Assembly: GCA_963711835.1 (NCBI GenBank)
Contig: CAVQFQ010000004.1
Location: forward strand, 288,001-352,000
Origin: an uncultured delta proteobacterium
GTDB lineage: Bacteria > Desulfobacterota > RBG-13-43-22
Length of the DNA: 64,000 nt
Direction: 5' to 3'
Below the pieces are notes generated by a model. It did not search any database and was not told the DNA's origin. It saw only the letters and a program-made list of their open reading frames with translations. The first letter of the stretch is position 1, and every line of letters begins with the position of its first letter. The position numbers and the translations under genes were made by a program. Below, piece by piece: positions 37,655 to 47,519 of this stretch.

Positions 37655-38119
37655 ATGTTACATATTTATGTAGATGCCGATGCCTGTCCGGTGAAAGAGG
37701 AAGTTTACCGGGTAGCCGAGCGCCATGGGCTTCGGGTCATCCTGGTGGCCAATTCCTGGATGCGCATCCCGGCGGAGGACTGGATTGAACTGGTCATAGT
37801 CGATGATCAGTTTGACGCGGCGGATGACTACATAGTCGATCACCTTGAAACCGATGACATCGTAATCTCCGGGGATATTCACCTGGCCGCCCGGTGCCTG
37901 GCCTCTGGGGCCTATGTGCTTCGCCCGACAGGCCGACCCTTTACCGAAACGAACATCGGCGACGCCCTGGCCACCAGGGACCTCCTTTCCCGGCTTCGGG
38001 ATGCCGGGAGCCTGGCCGGCGGACCTCCGCCCTTCAAAAAGAAAGACCGTTCCCTTTTCCTGCAGCAACTCGATGAGATCATTCAGTCGATCCGCCGGAA
38101 AAGGGTCTCTCCCTCCTGA
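37655..38119 (+). CDS. YaiI/YqxD (UPF0178) family protein
   Basis: IYVDADACPVK, DAADD.I, D..LAA, GGPPPF...DR..F...LD. Confidence 0.9.
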   Translation: MLHIYVDADACPVKEEVYRVAERHGLRVILVANSWMRIPAEDWIELVIVDDQFDAADDYIVDHLETDDIVISGDIHLAARCLASGAYVLRPTGRPFTETNIGDALATRDLLSRLRDAGSLAGGPPPFKKKDRSLFLQQLDEIIQSIRRKRVSPS

Positions 38120-38153
38120 TTGATTCAATTCGTTAGTGGAGCAGTAGCCGTTG

Positions 38154-38183
38154 AAGCCGTTCGTGCAGAGACTGCTTGAGGGC
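38154..38183 (+). repeat. Family D element, short left-end remnant
   Basis: CGTTCGTGCAGAGACTGCTTGAGGGC. Confidence 0.75.
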
Positions 38184-38194
38184 AGACTCCCGAA

Positions 38195-39502
38195 CTAATC
38201 CGCTGGGAACACCCGGTCACTGAAACTGTTGCGGAAGAGACCCTGCGGATCGCAGGTCCGCCGCAGCCGGTTGAAGGCGTCGTAAGCCGGATAAAGCGCC
38301 CGCAGCTCCGTCTGGGTCCTCGAGAAGGTCTTGCCCCAATGGGGGCGTCCCTCATAGTCGCGCATCAGGGCCTCGAATTCGGCGAAATACCCTTTCGCCC
38401 ATTTGGGGCTGCCCACGTAGGCCCCAATATAGCAACTATCGCGACCGCTGGCCGGACTCATGGGGATGTCGTCTGAGGCGACAAAACGCACCTCCAAGGG
38501 AAAATTCACCCGGTAATCCGCTTTGAGCACCATCTGTCTGGTCTCGTCAATGGCCTTGGCCGCCTTCTCGATCGGTATGGCATACTCCGCCTCCTGGTGG
38601 ATAGGAATCGAGCTGCTGACCTTGATCACCCGGTCGCTGCGATCCACCCGCCGGCGGGGATGAAAATGAATAGTCTGAACCGAATTATGTAAAAAAGGAA
38701 TGGTTTGGGGGAAGAGGCGGCCCAGCCCCATGAGTCCGGTAAACAGGAAGCCGGAGATTCCGGTCCGGTCCATAAATCCCGGGAAGCCGAAGCCGCCCCG
38801 AGGTTTATCCGTCTTGTTGAAGAAGTACACCTGGACCTTGTCGGTGTAGGCCAACCAATGAAACTTGCAGTAGTCGTTGTCCCTAAGGTACCCTTCCAGA
38901 TCGGCCAGGGCGGTGTCGAAATCCACAAGCTCCAGCCGCTCCTCCAGATCAAAGGCCTCGACGCAGTTAAAGGTGATCTCGGTGACCACCCCCAGGCAGC
39001 CGAGATTGACCCGGGCCGCTGAAAAAAGTTCCGGCTCGTGTTGGGCATCGAGTTCATGGACCTGCCCGAGACCGTCGAGCATCCGGATCTTTTCGATGGC
39101 GGTTGATAGTATCCGGGTCCTGGCCCCGGTGCCGTGGGTGCCGGTCCCGATATACCCGCCGGCGGTCTGCAGGATAATGGAGCCGAAATTATCAAAGGCC
39201 AGTCCGTGCCGGGCCAGAACTTCATTGACGTCTTTTAGACGGGCGCCGGCCTGGAGCCGGATCAGGCGCCGATCCCGGTCCACCTCCAGCACCTCGGCCA
39301 TCCGGTCGAAGCGGACGGCGATCTCCGGCGAATCGTTAATGTCCGACCATGACAAAGCCGAGCCCAGGGCCTTGATGTGTTTGCCGTCTTCAGCAGCCCG
39401 CCGAATCAGCCCGGCGATCTCCCCTTCGGACCTCGGATAATGGATCTCTTTAGGTTCCCAGGTCCGGCTGCCGTCCCAATTTCGGATAATTTTTGAACTC
39501 AT
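38195..39502 (-). CDS. FAD-linked aldonolactone oxidase family protein (ALO/GULO-like)
   Basis: NW, QT.GG...TGTHGTG, LG.LGVV, E.EYAIP, FPLEVRF, GRPHWGK, DP.G.F.N. Confidence 0.85.
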   Translation of the reverse strand: MSSKIIRNWDGSRTWEPKEIHYPRSEGEIAGLIRRAAEDGKHIKALGSALSWSDINDSPEIAVRFDRMAEVLEVDRDRRLIRLQAGARLKDVNEVLARHGLAFDNFGSIILQTAGGYIGTGTHGTGARTRILSTAIEKIRMLDGLGQVHELDAQHEPELFSAARVNLGCLGVVTEITFNCVEAFDLEERLELVDFDTALADLEGYLRDNDYCKFHWLAYTDKVQVYFFNKTDKPRGGFGFPGFMDRTGISGFLFTGLMGLGRLFPQTIPFLHNSVQTIHFHPRRRVDRSDRVIKVSSSIPIHQEAEYAIPIEKAAKAIDETRQMVLKADYRVNFPLEVRFVASDDIPMSPASGRDSCYIGAYVGSPKWAKGYFAEFEALMRDYEGRPHWGKTFSRTQTELRALYPAYDAFNRLRRTCDPQGLFRNSFSDRVFPAD

Positions 39503-39698
39503 GGCGATCTCCTTAACCCCTCCTAAAAATAAAAAACTCTATCCCTTTGAAATAGGAAACAGGGCTTTTCCTTTCTGCCAATCTTCCTCCGGTTTAGGTT
39601 AAACGGAAAAGTAAAAAGAGCTTTGCCTAGTTAGCCTTCCAAATAACATGGTGGTCGAGTGTTGTCAATAATTCAGCCATCCTGACTCGTTGATACTG

Positions 39699-40403
39699 CT
39701 ATTCCCTCTGCTTGGCCCGGCGGACAATCGCTTCGGCCAGGATCTGGGCGGAATCAAAGACCATCACGGGCACGTCGATGGCTTCCGCTATGATGGAAAG
39801 CTCCGTGCAGGCGATTACCAGCGCCTCGGCCCCCTTTCGGGTCAGCTCCTGGGCCGCCTCTTTCAGGACGGAGCTTTCCTTTACCCCGTACCGGCCGGTC
39901 TTGATAATTTTAATGGATTGCATGATCCGATCCTGGATTTCCGCTGAGGGAAACATTACCTCCACCCCCCGCCGCTTGAAGGGCCGGAGATAGATCTCAG
40001 TCAGGATGACCGCCCTGGAGGTCAGCAGACCGACGCGTTTCAGGAGGGAGTTTTTCTTGAGGACCCTTTCCACGGTCAGGTCAACCATATTAAGGACGGG
40101 AATGCCGGCGGCTGATCGGATTTCTTCATAGTAGCAATGAGCCGTATTGCAGGGCATGGCCAGGAAGTCGGCCCCGTAGGCCGCCAGGCTGCGGGCCATT
40201 TCCTGCAGGCAGGGGACCGGGCTCTCGCCGCTTCCCTCGATGATGGCTTTGATCCGGGAGGGGATTTTGGGGTTGTTGTCCACGATCAACCGGATGTGGT
40301 CCTCATCGTCCCGGGCCGGGGTGGCCCGGATCACCCGTTCCATGAGGTCCACGGTGGCTTCCGGCCCCATCCCGCCGATTATCCCGACGATTTTATCACC
40401 CAT
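39699..40403 (-). CDS. Aspartate/glutamate racemase family protein
   Basis: GIIGGMGPEAT, AMPCNTAH, IACTELS (two catalytic Cys); ATG 40403. Confidence 0.9.
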   Translation of the reverse strand: MGDKIVGIIGGMGPEATVDLMERVIRATPARDDEDHIRLIVDNNPKIPSRIKAIIEGSGESPVPCLQEMARSLAAYGADFLAMPCNTAHCYYEEIRSAAGIPVLNMVDLTVERVLKKNSLLKRVGLLTSRAVILTEIYLRPFKRRGVEVMFPSAEIQDRIMQSIKIIKTGRYGVKESSVLKEAAQELTRKGAEALVIACTELSIIAEAIDVPVMVFDSAQILAEAIVRRAKQRE

Positions 40404-40416
40404 ATGTGTTAACCCA

Positions 40417-40553
40417 AAATCCGAAATCCGAAACCAAAATCCGAAACAAACACGAAGGTCCAAAATCCAAATGATCAAAATAAAAACGTTTTGGGATTTT
40501 GAAATTTGGTCATTTGAATTTGTTTCGGATTTCGATATTCGGATTTCGAGTTT
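40417..40553. repeat. Palindromic element with heptamer-repeat arms (AAATCCG / TTTCGGA)
   Basis: AAATCCGAAATCCGAAACCAAAATCCGAAACAAA versus TTTGTTTCGGATTTCGATATTCGGATTTCGAGTTT. Confidence 0.8.
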
Positions 40554-40563
40554 AACCTATACT

Positions 40564-41580
40564 TCAAATAGGTCCGGATGTATTTCCCAGCACGGCTTCC
40601 TGATACACATACAGGGCCGGCGAGCCGCCGGTATGGACAAAAAGAATCCGGCTATCCCTGGGGAAAAATCCCTTCCGGACCAGGTCAATCAGCCCGGCCA
40701 TGGCCTTGCCGGTATAGACCGGGTCGAGCAGGATCCCTTCGGTCCGGGCCAGGAGTTTGACGGCCTCGGCCATGCCCGGTGTTGGGAGGGAATAGCCGGG
40801 TCCCACGTAATCGTCAAAACAAGTCACCGCTTCCCGGGGGATATCGAAATTGAGACCGACATGTCTGGATGTTTCCCTGACCAGCCCATAAACCAATTCC
40901 TCTTGAGAAACTTTGGATCGGCTGACATTGATCCCGATCACGGGGATATTCATATTGCAGCCATAGAGTCCGGTGACCAGCCCGGCATGGGTGCCGGCGC
41001 TGCCGCTGGCGCAAACGATATATTGGATATCCAGACCCTCTTCAAAGATCTGGGCCTCGATCTCCTGGGCGCAGGCCACATAACCGGTAGCCCCCAGGGG
41101 ATTGGACCCGCCACCGGGAATGATATAGGCCCGTCGGCCTTCGGCGGCCAGGTCACCGGAAACCTCCTGCATGGCTTTCATCATGTTTGATCCGGCTGGA
41201 ACGACGGTAACTTTTTCCACACCGAGTAATCGATACAGGAAATTATTGCCGCTGGCTTCCGGATCATAGCTACCGGGTACCCTTTCTTCCAAGACGAGCC
41301 GGCATTTTAACCCTTCCTTGACGGCCGCGGCCAAGGTAAGCCGGCAGTGGTTGGACTGGATCGCCCCGCAAGTGATAAGGGTATCTGCCCCCTGGGCCAG
41401 GGCTTCGGCCACCAGGAACTCCAGCTTCCGGGTCTTGTTTCCTCCGGCAGCCAGTCCCAGGAGGTCGTCCCGTTTGATGTAAATTTGAGGACCCCCCAAA
41501 GCAGCGGAAAATTGCGGGAGCCTTTCAATAGGCGTCGGCCCTGCAGTGTAGCGCCTCCTTGGAAAACGGGCTAAATTCAT
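40564..41580 (-). CDS. PLP-dependent D-cysteine desulfhydrase / ACC deaminase / cysteate sulfo-lyase family enzyme
   Basis: IKRDD..G...GGNKTRKLE, QSNHCR, SGSAGTHAGL, LDPVYTGKA, HTGG. Confidence 0.9.
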   Translation of the reverse strand: MNLARFPRRRYTAGPTPIERLPQFSAALGGPQIYIKRDDLLGLAAGGNKTRKLEFLVAEALAQGADTLITCGAIQSNHCRLTLAAAVKEGLKCRLVLEERVPGSYDPEASGNNFLYRLLGVEKVTVVPAGSNMMKAMQEVSGDLAAEGRRAYIIPGGGSNPLGATGYVACAQEIEAQIFEEGLDIQYIVCASGSAGTHAGLVTGLYGCNMNIPVIGINVSRSKVSQEELVYGLVRETSRHVGLNFDIPREAVTCFDDYVGPGYSLPTPGMAEAVKLLARTEGILLDPVYTGKAMAGLIDLVRKGFFPRDSRILFVHTGGSPALYVYQEAVLGNTSGPI

Positions 41581-41624
41581 CTCAACCTCCTTTCTTATAT
41601 CGCGAGTTGTTATCCAGCTTAGAG

Positions 41625-41705
41625 CATCCGTTATCTGTCATCTGTCATCCGTCATCGTTTTTCCATCCGGCATCTGGCATCCGATATCCAGTATCAAGTA
41701 TCCGC
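41625..41705. repeat. Degenerate heptamer tandem repeats (CATCTGT / CATCCGG / TATCCAG)
   Basis: TATCTGTCATCTGTCATCCGTCATC...CATCCGGCATCTGGCATCCGATATCCAGTATCAAGTATCCG. Confidence 0.65.
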
Positions 41706-41707
41706 TT

Positions 41708-42601
41708 TTAGGTCTCCTCATACCCGAAGCGCCGGATCTGCCTCGAGTCCCGGCTCCAGTTCTTCTCCACCCGGACCCACAATTCCAAAAAGACCTTCAT
41801 CCCCAATAATCGTTCCATGTCCTGCCGGGCTTGCTGGGCGATGGTCTTTAACATCCCCCCCCCCTTGCCGATCAGAATCCCCTTCTGGGAATCCCGCTCC
41901 ACATGGATGGTGGCCTGGATATGAATCAAGGGTTTATCCTGCCGCTCTTTGAATGATTCCACAGTAACGGCCACGGCATAGGGGACTTCCCGGGAAGTCA
42001 GCCGAAAAATTTTCTCGCGGACGATCTCCCCCACCAGGAATCGTTCAGACAGATCGGTCACCATCTCCTCCGGGAAATAGGGGGGACCCTCAGGCAAGAC
42101 CTCGAAAATTTTCTGCTCCAAAATAGCCAGCCCTTCATTCTTCAAGGCCGACAGGGGAATAATTTCCTGAAATGAAAACATGTTGGCCATCCGGTCTATC
42201 AGGGGCAAGAGCTCCTTTTTATCTATCAGGTCAATCTTATTGATGATCAGAAAAACCGGGGGCTTTAGTCGGATCAGTTTTTGGGCCAGACCCTCGGGGA
42301 TGGGCGCCTGCCCCATGAAGGGTTCAATCAACAGCAGGACCAGATTGACATCACTGAGGGTTTTCAAAGCCGCCTGGACCAGGGCCTGGTTTAATAATCC
42401 CTTGGGCTCCAGGATGCCGGGGGTATCCAGAAAAACAAACTGCCCGCCCGGCACATGTTTGACCCCCACGATCCGGTTGCGTGTGGTCTGGGGCCGCGAC
42501 GAGACAATGGACAGCTTCTGCCCCAATAGGGCGTTCAGCAAAGTTGATTTTCCCACATTGGGCGCCCCGATCAGGGCGATAAAACCGGATTTATAGGCCA
42601 T
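41708..42601 (-). CDS. era: GTPase Era
   Basis: KSGFIALIGAPNVGKSTL, QTTRNRI, DTPG, NKID, EVPY, KH domain QKGILIGKGG. Confidence 0.95.
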   Translation of the reverse strand: MAYKSGFIALIGAPNVGKSTLLNALLGQKLSIVSSRPQTTRNRIVGVKHVPGGQFVFLDTPGILEPKGLLNQALVQAALKTLSDVNLVLLLIEPFMGQAPIPEGLAQKLIRLKPPVFLIINKIDLIDKKELLPLIDRMANMFSFQEIIPLSALKNEGLAILEQKIFEVLPEGPPYFPEEMVTDLSERFLVGEIVREKIFRLTSREVPYAVAVTVESFKERQDKPLIHIQATIHVERDSQKGILIGKGGGMLKTIAQQARQDMERLLGMKVFLELWVRVEKNWSRDSRQIRRFGYEET

Positions 42602-43005
42602 AGTCACCATTTTATCCTTAAAGACCTTCGGAGATAGGAGTAAATACATGAAAAAAACTCCCCTCTCCATATATGAATATTACACCCTGTAATCGCCAAA
42701 TTCGGTCGCTATTATTTTTGAGAACTTGTAGGTGCTATACGTAACATATCCAGTTTTTTCTCTTATTATTAGTTAGTTACGCTTTATTTCCGTCTACCCC
42801 TTAAAGAAAAGGATCTATTGAGATGCCCTGGTGGGACCGTCGCAAGTGGCCGGGTCCCTTTTCGAAAATAACAGTGGACTTTGGGCAACCGGTTCAAATT
42901 ACCGAGGCCAACTTTAGAGCGGCCTATGATTTGATCTCAAAATAGAATTGCATTTTACGGACCTCGCCCAGACAGGTGACGAAGGTCCTATCTTATTTGG
43001 CTTTC

Positions 43006-43491
43006 TTACCCCTGGGATTTTTTCTCGCGTTGTTTTTCGGCCAGCCGCAAATCCCGCCGGGCCTGGGCTTCACGATGGCGTCGCCTCTCTTCCTCGGTTT
43101 CCAGGATCAAAGGCGGAACTTCGGTGGGATGGCCCTGATTCAGAGCCACAAAGGTCAGGTAGGCCGAGGCGGTATGGCGAACCTCGCCGGTGAGGAAGTT
43201 TTCGGCCTCCACCCTGACCCCCACCTCCAGGGAGGTCCGGCCGACCATGTTCAGGCTGGCTTTGACGGTCAGCAGATCGCCGATAAAAACCGGGCTGTGG
43301 AAATCAAGCCGTTCAATGGAGGCGGTCACTACGTTGCGGCTGGCATGCCGGGCGGCTACGATGCCGGCGGCGGTATCAATGTATTTCATGACCACCCCGC
43401 CGTGGACGTTTCCCGAAAGATTGGCATCCTGCTGGGTCATCTGGTAAACCAGGGTGACGCTGCTGTCCTGGGCCTTTTTTCCTTCCATCAT
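43006..43491 (-). CDS. Acyl-CoA thioesterase (hot-dog fold, YciA-like)
   Basis: DAN..GNVHGG...K.ID, VVTAS, GRTSLEVGV.V.AE. Confidence 0.9.
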   Translation of the reverse strand: MMEGKKAQDSSVTLVYQMTQQDANLSGNVHGGVVMKYIDTAAGIVAARHASRNVVTASIERLDFHSPVFIGDLLTVKASLNMVGRTSLEVGVRVEAENFLTGEVRHTASAYLTFVALNQGHPTEVPPLILETEEERRRHREAQARRDLRLAEKQREKKSQG

Positions 43492-44705
43492 TATGATCCT
43501 TCCAAAAGCCGGTTAAGGGCAGGCCGGTTTATTTGAAGCCAGTGATCAAGTTCGGTCTGCAGTTTTTTCAAGGGGATTTTTTTCTCTCGGCTGATTTTTT
43601 TAAGATCATCGTATTCAATCGAAAAACTGGTCCCGTTTTTGGATGGGGTTTCGGGTCGCCTAACATATTTGACGACCACCTTGCCCCAGGGAGTGGTCAC
43701 CTGTTTTAGCATTCTTTTAAGGGAATAGCGGCTGATTTCATGGATTCGGACCCCCAGGGTGCTGGTCTCGGTGAAAAGAATGTCCCGGAGCGCCACCTGA
43801 TCCCCAGGCTTGGCCAATACCTGGAGCAAGGTCCCCGGCCGATTTTTCTTCATCTGGCAGGGGATCAGGGTTACATCCAGGGCCCCGGCCTCAAAGAGTC
43901 TCTCCATGGCCAGGTCGTACCATTGAGGGTTCATGTCATCGATGTTGGTTTCCAGGACCATCAGCCTCTCCTGGTTAAGGAGCGACGGTTTCTCTCCCAG
44001 CCAGAGCCTCAGGCAATTGGGACGATCGTCCAAGGGCTGCTGGCCAAGGCCGTAGCCGACCCGGGTCAGCGTTGCTGCCGGCGGGGGGCCAAAGGAAGCG
44101 GCGAAGGTTTTTAAAATAGCGGCCCCGGTGGGCGTGACCAGTTCTTTTTCAAGACCCGAGGGTATCAGGGGAACATTTTTCAGCAGGGCCAGTGTGGCCG
44201 GGGCCGGAAGCGGCAAGAGGCCGTGCTGGCTTTTGACCCAGCCCTGGTTGACCGGGACCGGTGAGGCCGTTACCTCCTGAACCTGAAAATAATGGAATCC
44301 GAGAGCCGCTCCGACAATATCCACGATGGTATCCATGGCCCCGATTTCATGAAAATGGACCTCCTCCATTTTTTTCCCATGGATCCTGGCCTCGGCCGCC
44401 GCCAGGTCCTGCAAGGCGGTCAGGCTGTCGGCCTTGATTTTTGTCTCCAGGCCGCTTTGCTCTATCAGGTGCTTGATCTCGCGATAGGTCCGGTGCCGGT
44501 GGCTGTGGCGCCTTTCTTTGACCTGAAGGGCGACTCCGGAAAGCCCGCCCCGTTCCTCCTGCCTGACGGATAATACCAAGTCGGGCAGGCTCATTTTTTT
44601 TAAGGTTTCCCGGAGAAGTTTCTGGGGAAGGCCGAGGTCCAAGAAGGCCCCCAGGACCATGTCCCCGCTGATACCGGAAAAGCAATCGAGGTAAGCTATT
44701 TTCAT
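43491..44705 (-). CDS. larC: Nickel pincer cofactor biosynthesis protein LarC
   Basis: YLDCFSGISGDM, VHFHEIGA.D, HG.LP.PAPAT, ELVTPTGAA, ETNIDDMNP, MKKNRPG. Confidence 0.95.
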   Translation of the reverse strand: MKIAYLDCFSGISGDMVLGAFLDLGLPQKLLRETLKKMSLPDLVLSVRQEERGGLSGVALQVKERRHSHRHRTYREIKHLIEQSGLETKIKADSLTALQDLAAAEARIHGKKMEEVHFHEIGAMDTIVDIVGAALGFHYFQVQEVTASPVPVNQGWVKSQHGLLPLPAPATLALLKNVPLIPSGLEKELVTPTGAAILKTFAASFGPPPAATLTRVGYGLGQQPLDDRPNCLRLWLGEKPSLLNQERLMVLETNIDDMNPQWYDLAMERLFEAGALDVTLIPCQMKKNRPGTLLQVLAKPGDQVALRDILFTETSTLGVRIHEISRYSLKRMLKQVTTPWGKVVVKYVRRPETPSKNGTSFSIEYDDLKKISREKKIPLKKLQTELDHWLQINRPALNRLLEGS

Positions 44706-44759
44706 CCTGGCCTCTCAGTAAGATGGTTGCCGGCCGTTTTCCGATCCCCCTGCCCTGGG

Positions 44760-47201
44760 TCAGCCGGCCTTTTTCTTTAGAGACAGCTTGCCCAGCGGCA
44801 GTTTTCGGACCAGGCCTTTTCGCCTGACCAGGGCCCGTTTGATGACTTCATCGATATCCTTAACCAGGACAAATTGAAGCCGCCGGCGGATATGAGGGGG
44901 AATTTCCATCAAGTCTTTTTTATTTTGTTCAGGCAGAAGAACGGTCTTAATCTTGGCCCGGAGGGCGGCCAGGACCTTTTCCTTCAACCCGCCTATCGGA
45001 AGGACCTTGCCCCGGAGGGTGATTTCCCCGGTCATGGCCACATCCCGGTTCACGGGAATTCTGGTCAGGGCCGAAATCAGAGAGGTCACCAGGGTGACCC
45101 CGGCGGAAGGTCCGTCTTTGGGGATGGCCCCGGCCGGGATATGAATGTGGATATCCAGGGTCTCATAAAAATTATCCCGGAGATGAAGGCTTTCGGCCCG
45201 GGAGCGGGCATAACTTAAGGCGGCCTGAGCCGACTCTTTCATGACCTCCCCCAACTGGCCGGTCAGGGTAAAATTTCCCTTGCCTTTCATGAGCATGGTT
45301 TCTATGGTCAGCACTTCTCCCCCGGTCTGGGTCCAGGCCAGCCCGGTGGCCACCCCCACTTCATGCGCGGACCGTATTTCATTGGGCAGGAAGTTGGGGG
45401 CCCCTAAAAAACGGTGCAGGTTGATCCGTGAAACGGTAAAAGGCCCTTTTTCTCCTTCGGCCACTTTGCGGGCCACCTTGCGGCAGAGTTTGCCCAGTTC
45501 TTTTTCCAGATTTCGCAAGCCGGCCTCTTCGGTGTATTCGTTGATGACCTTGACGATGGTTTGCGGGCCGATTTTAAAGAGATCCGGAGTCAGGCCGTGT
45601 TCTCGAAGCCCTTTGGGCAAAAGATAATTTTGGGCGATTTTCAGCTTTTCTTCCTCGGTATAACCCGGGATTTCAATGACCTCCATACGGTCGCGGAGGG
45701 CCGAGGGGATCGGGTCGGTTGTATTGGCCGTGGTGATAAACATGACCGGCGACAAATCATAAGGGAGGTTGAGGTAATGGTCGCTGAAGCCGAAGTTCTG
45801 TTCCGGGTCCAGGACCTCCAGCAAGGCGGCCGCCGGATTTCCCCTGAAATCGGAGCCGATCTTATCGATCTCATCCAGCATAAAAACCGGGTTGTTGGTG
45901 CCCACCTGCTTCAAGCCCTGGAGGATCCGGCCCGGCAGGGCCCCGATGTAGGTGCGGCGATGCCCCCTTATTTCAGCCTCGTCCCGAATCCCTCCCAGGG
46001 AAATCCGGATAAATTTTCGACCCATAGCCCGGGCAATGGAACGTCCCAGGGAGGTCTTGCCTACCCCTGGAGGCCCCACCAGGCAGAGGATCGGCCCTTT
46101 CATCTTGGGGTTCAATTTCCGGACGCTCAGGAATTCCAGGATCCTTTCCTTAACGGGTTTTAAGTCATAATGGTCCTGATCCAGGATTTTCTGAGCGGTT
46201 TTAACCTTGATTTTGTCCCGGGTCCTTTTATTCCAGGGCAGGGAAACGATCCAGTCCAGATAGGTTCTGATGATGGAGGTTTCGGCCGAATCGGGATGCA
46301 TCTGCTCCAACCGGGAAACCTGTTTAAGGGCTTCCTCCTCGGCTTCGGGAGGCATCTTGAGTTGGGTTATCTTGGTTTTATATTCCTTAAGTTCGGTATT
46401 CCGGTCATCGAATTCACCCAATTCCCGCCGGATAGCCCGCAATTGCTCCCGAAGAAAATATTCCCGCTGCCCCCGGTTCATTTCCTCCTTGGCCTCCGAA
46501 TGGATGCGGGCCTGGACCGTTGAGACCTGCACCTCTTTGATCAGGTAGTCGTTGATTTTTTCAAGCCGCAGCAAAGGATCAAAGATTTCCAGAATCGCCT
46601 GAGCCTCCTCGACCTTGAGGCGCAAATTGCTGGCCACCAGATCGGCCAGGGGTCCGGGTTCCTCCAAACCCTGTAAAATGGCCACAACATCCTGGGAAAG
46701 CATGCCCTTGAGCGAGAGGATTTTTTCACTTTGTTCCCGCACCGTCCGCATTAAGGCTTCCATTTCAATCTGGTCCCGGGAGGGGGGCGGCTCAACGATC
46801 ATCTCGAGGTCAACCTGCCTGATGGGACGCAGGATCGGAAAGGCCTTGATCCTGGCCCGGCCCACACCCTGGACCAGGATTTTCAGGCTCAAGTCGGGCA
46901 ATTTCAACATCCGCAGGATCATGGCCACCGTCCCGATGGAATAAAGATCATCCGGCCCGGGATCCTCGATCAGGGGATCCTTCTGGGCGGTCAGAAGGAC
47001 CAGGCGGTCTTCGGCAACCGCCTTCTCTACGGCCAGCGTGGATCCCTCCCGATTTACTAATAAGGGCAAGATCATATTGGGAAAAATGACAATATCCCTG
47101 ACCGGAATGAGGGGCAGGGTAGAGGGAATGGTGAGTTCCCGAAAGGGTTCTCCCAATATCCGTTCTGTTTCAAATTCAAAGTCCTGATTGGCCATGGGCA
47201 T
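44760..47201 (-). CDS. lon: ATP-dependent protease La
   Basis: [43 protein letters not shown]. Confidence 0.97.
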   Translation of the reverse strand: MPMANQDFEFETERILGEPFRELTIPSTLPLIPVRDIVIFPNMILPLLVNREGSTLAVEKAVAEDRLVLLTAQKDPLIEDPGPDDLYSIGTVAMILRMLKLPDLSLKILVQGVGRARIKAFPILRPIRQVDLEMIVEPPPSRDQIEMEALMRTVREQSEKILSLKGMLSQDVVAILQGLEEPGPLADLVASNLRLKVEEAQAILEIFDPLLRLEKINDYLIKEVQVSTVQARIHSEAKEEMNRGQREYFLREQLRAIRRELGEFDDRNTELKEYKTKITQLKMPPEAEEEALKQVSRLEQMHPDSAETSIIRTYLDWIVSLPWNKRTRDKIKVKTAQKILDQDHYDLKPVKERILEFLSVRKLNPKMKGPILCLVGPPGVGKTSLGRSIARAMGRKFIRISLGGIRDEAEIRGHRRTYIGALPGRILQGLKQVGTNNPVFMLDEIDKIGSDFRGNPAAALLEVLDPEQNFGFSDHYLNLPYDLSPVMFITTANTTDPIPSALRDRMEVIEIPGYTEEEKLKIAQNYLLPKGLREHGLTPDLFKIGPQTIVKVINEYTEEAGLRNLEKELGKLCRKVARKVAEGEKGPFTVSRINLHRFLGAPNFLPNEIRSAHEVGVATGLAWTQTGGEVLTIETMLMKGKGNFTLTGQLGEVMKESAQAALSYARSRAESLHLRDNFYETLDIHIHIPAGAIPKDGPSAGVTLVTSLISALTRIPVNRDVAMTGEITLRGKVLPIGGLKEKVLAALRAKIKTVLLPEQNKKDLMEIPPHIRRRLQFVLVKDIDEVIKRALVRRKGLVRKLPLGKLSLKKKAG

Positions 47202-47519
47202 TATTCCTTAAAGCGCGCTATTGATAGTAAAACCAATTGGTTAACAGGGAGGTAATCCTAACCAGAAGTTGAGCGGGGACTTACCCTTTCCCCTGGGGTT
47301 TTTCAGGGGAAAACTCGGTCTTGAGGTCTACTTTAAAAGGTTCCCGGGGATACGTCAAGGGATTTAGGAGGATTCATCTGAAAGGGTTTGAACAGGATCT
47401 GATTTTACTTGACATTTGTCCTTATTTCCATAATTGTAACAGAGTGAATTTATTATTATAAGGATCAGATTAAGGGTATAGGGTTAATTTAGGTTCAAAT
47501 ACTTAAGAGGAGGCCAAGT

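Noticed and set aside
39699-40478. Extended 5' ends of the racemase (40478), also copA (57291), hydrolase (23926) and antitoxin (63019) ORFs
   Set aside because: The extensions run through repeat or attC DNA; downstream ATGs match the family N-termini
40240-41190. Long antisense or alternative-frame ORFs (e.g. 40240-41190, 49932-50633, 6019-6660)
   Set aside because: Shadow ORFs of well-supported genes in GC-rich coding DNA
42671-43005. Possible ncRNA or riboswitch upstream of era
   Set aside because: Only a short GGGACC...GGTCCC hairpin is visible; no recognisable tRNA or riboswitch consensus by eye
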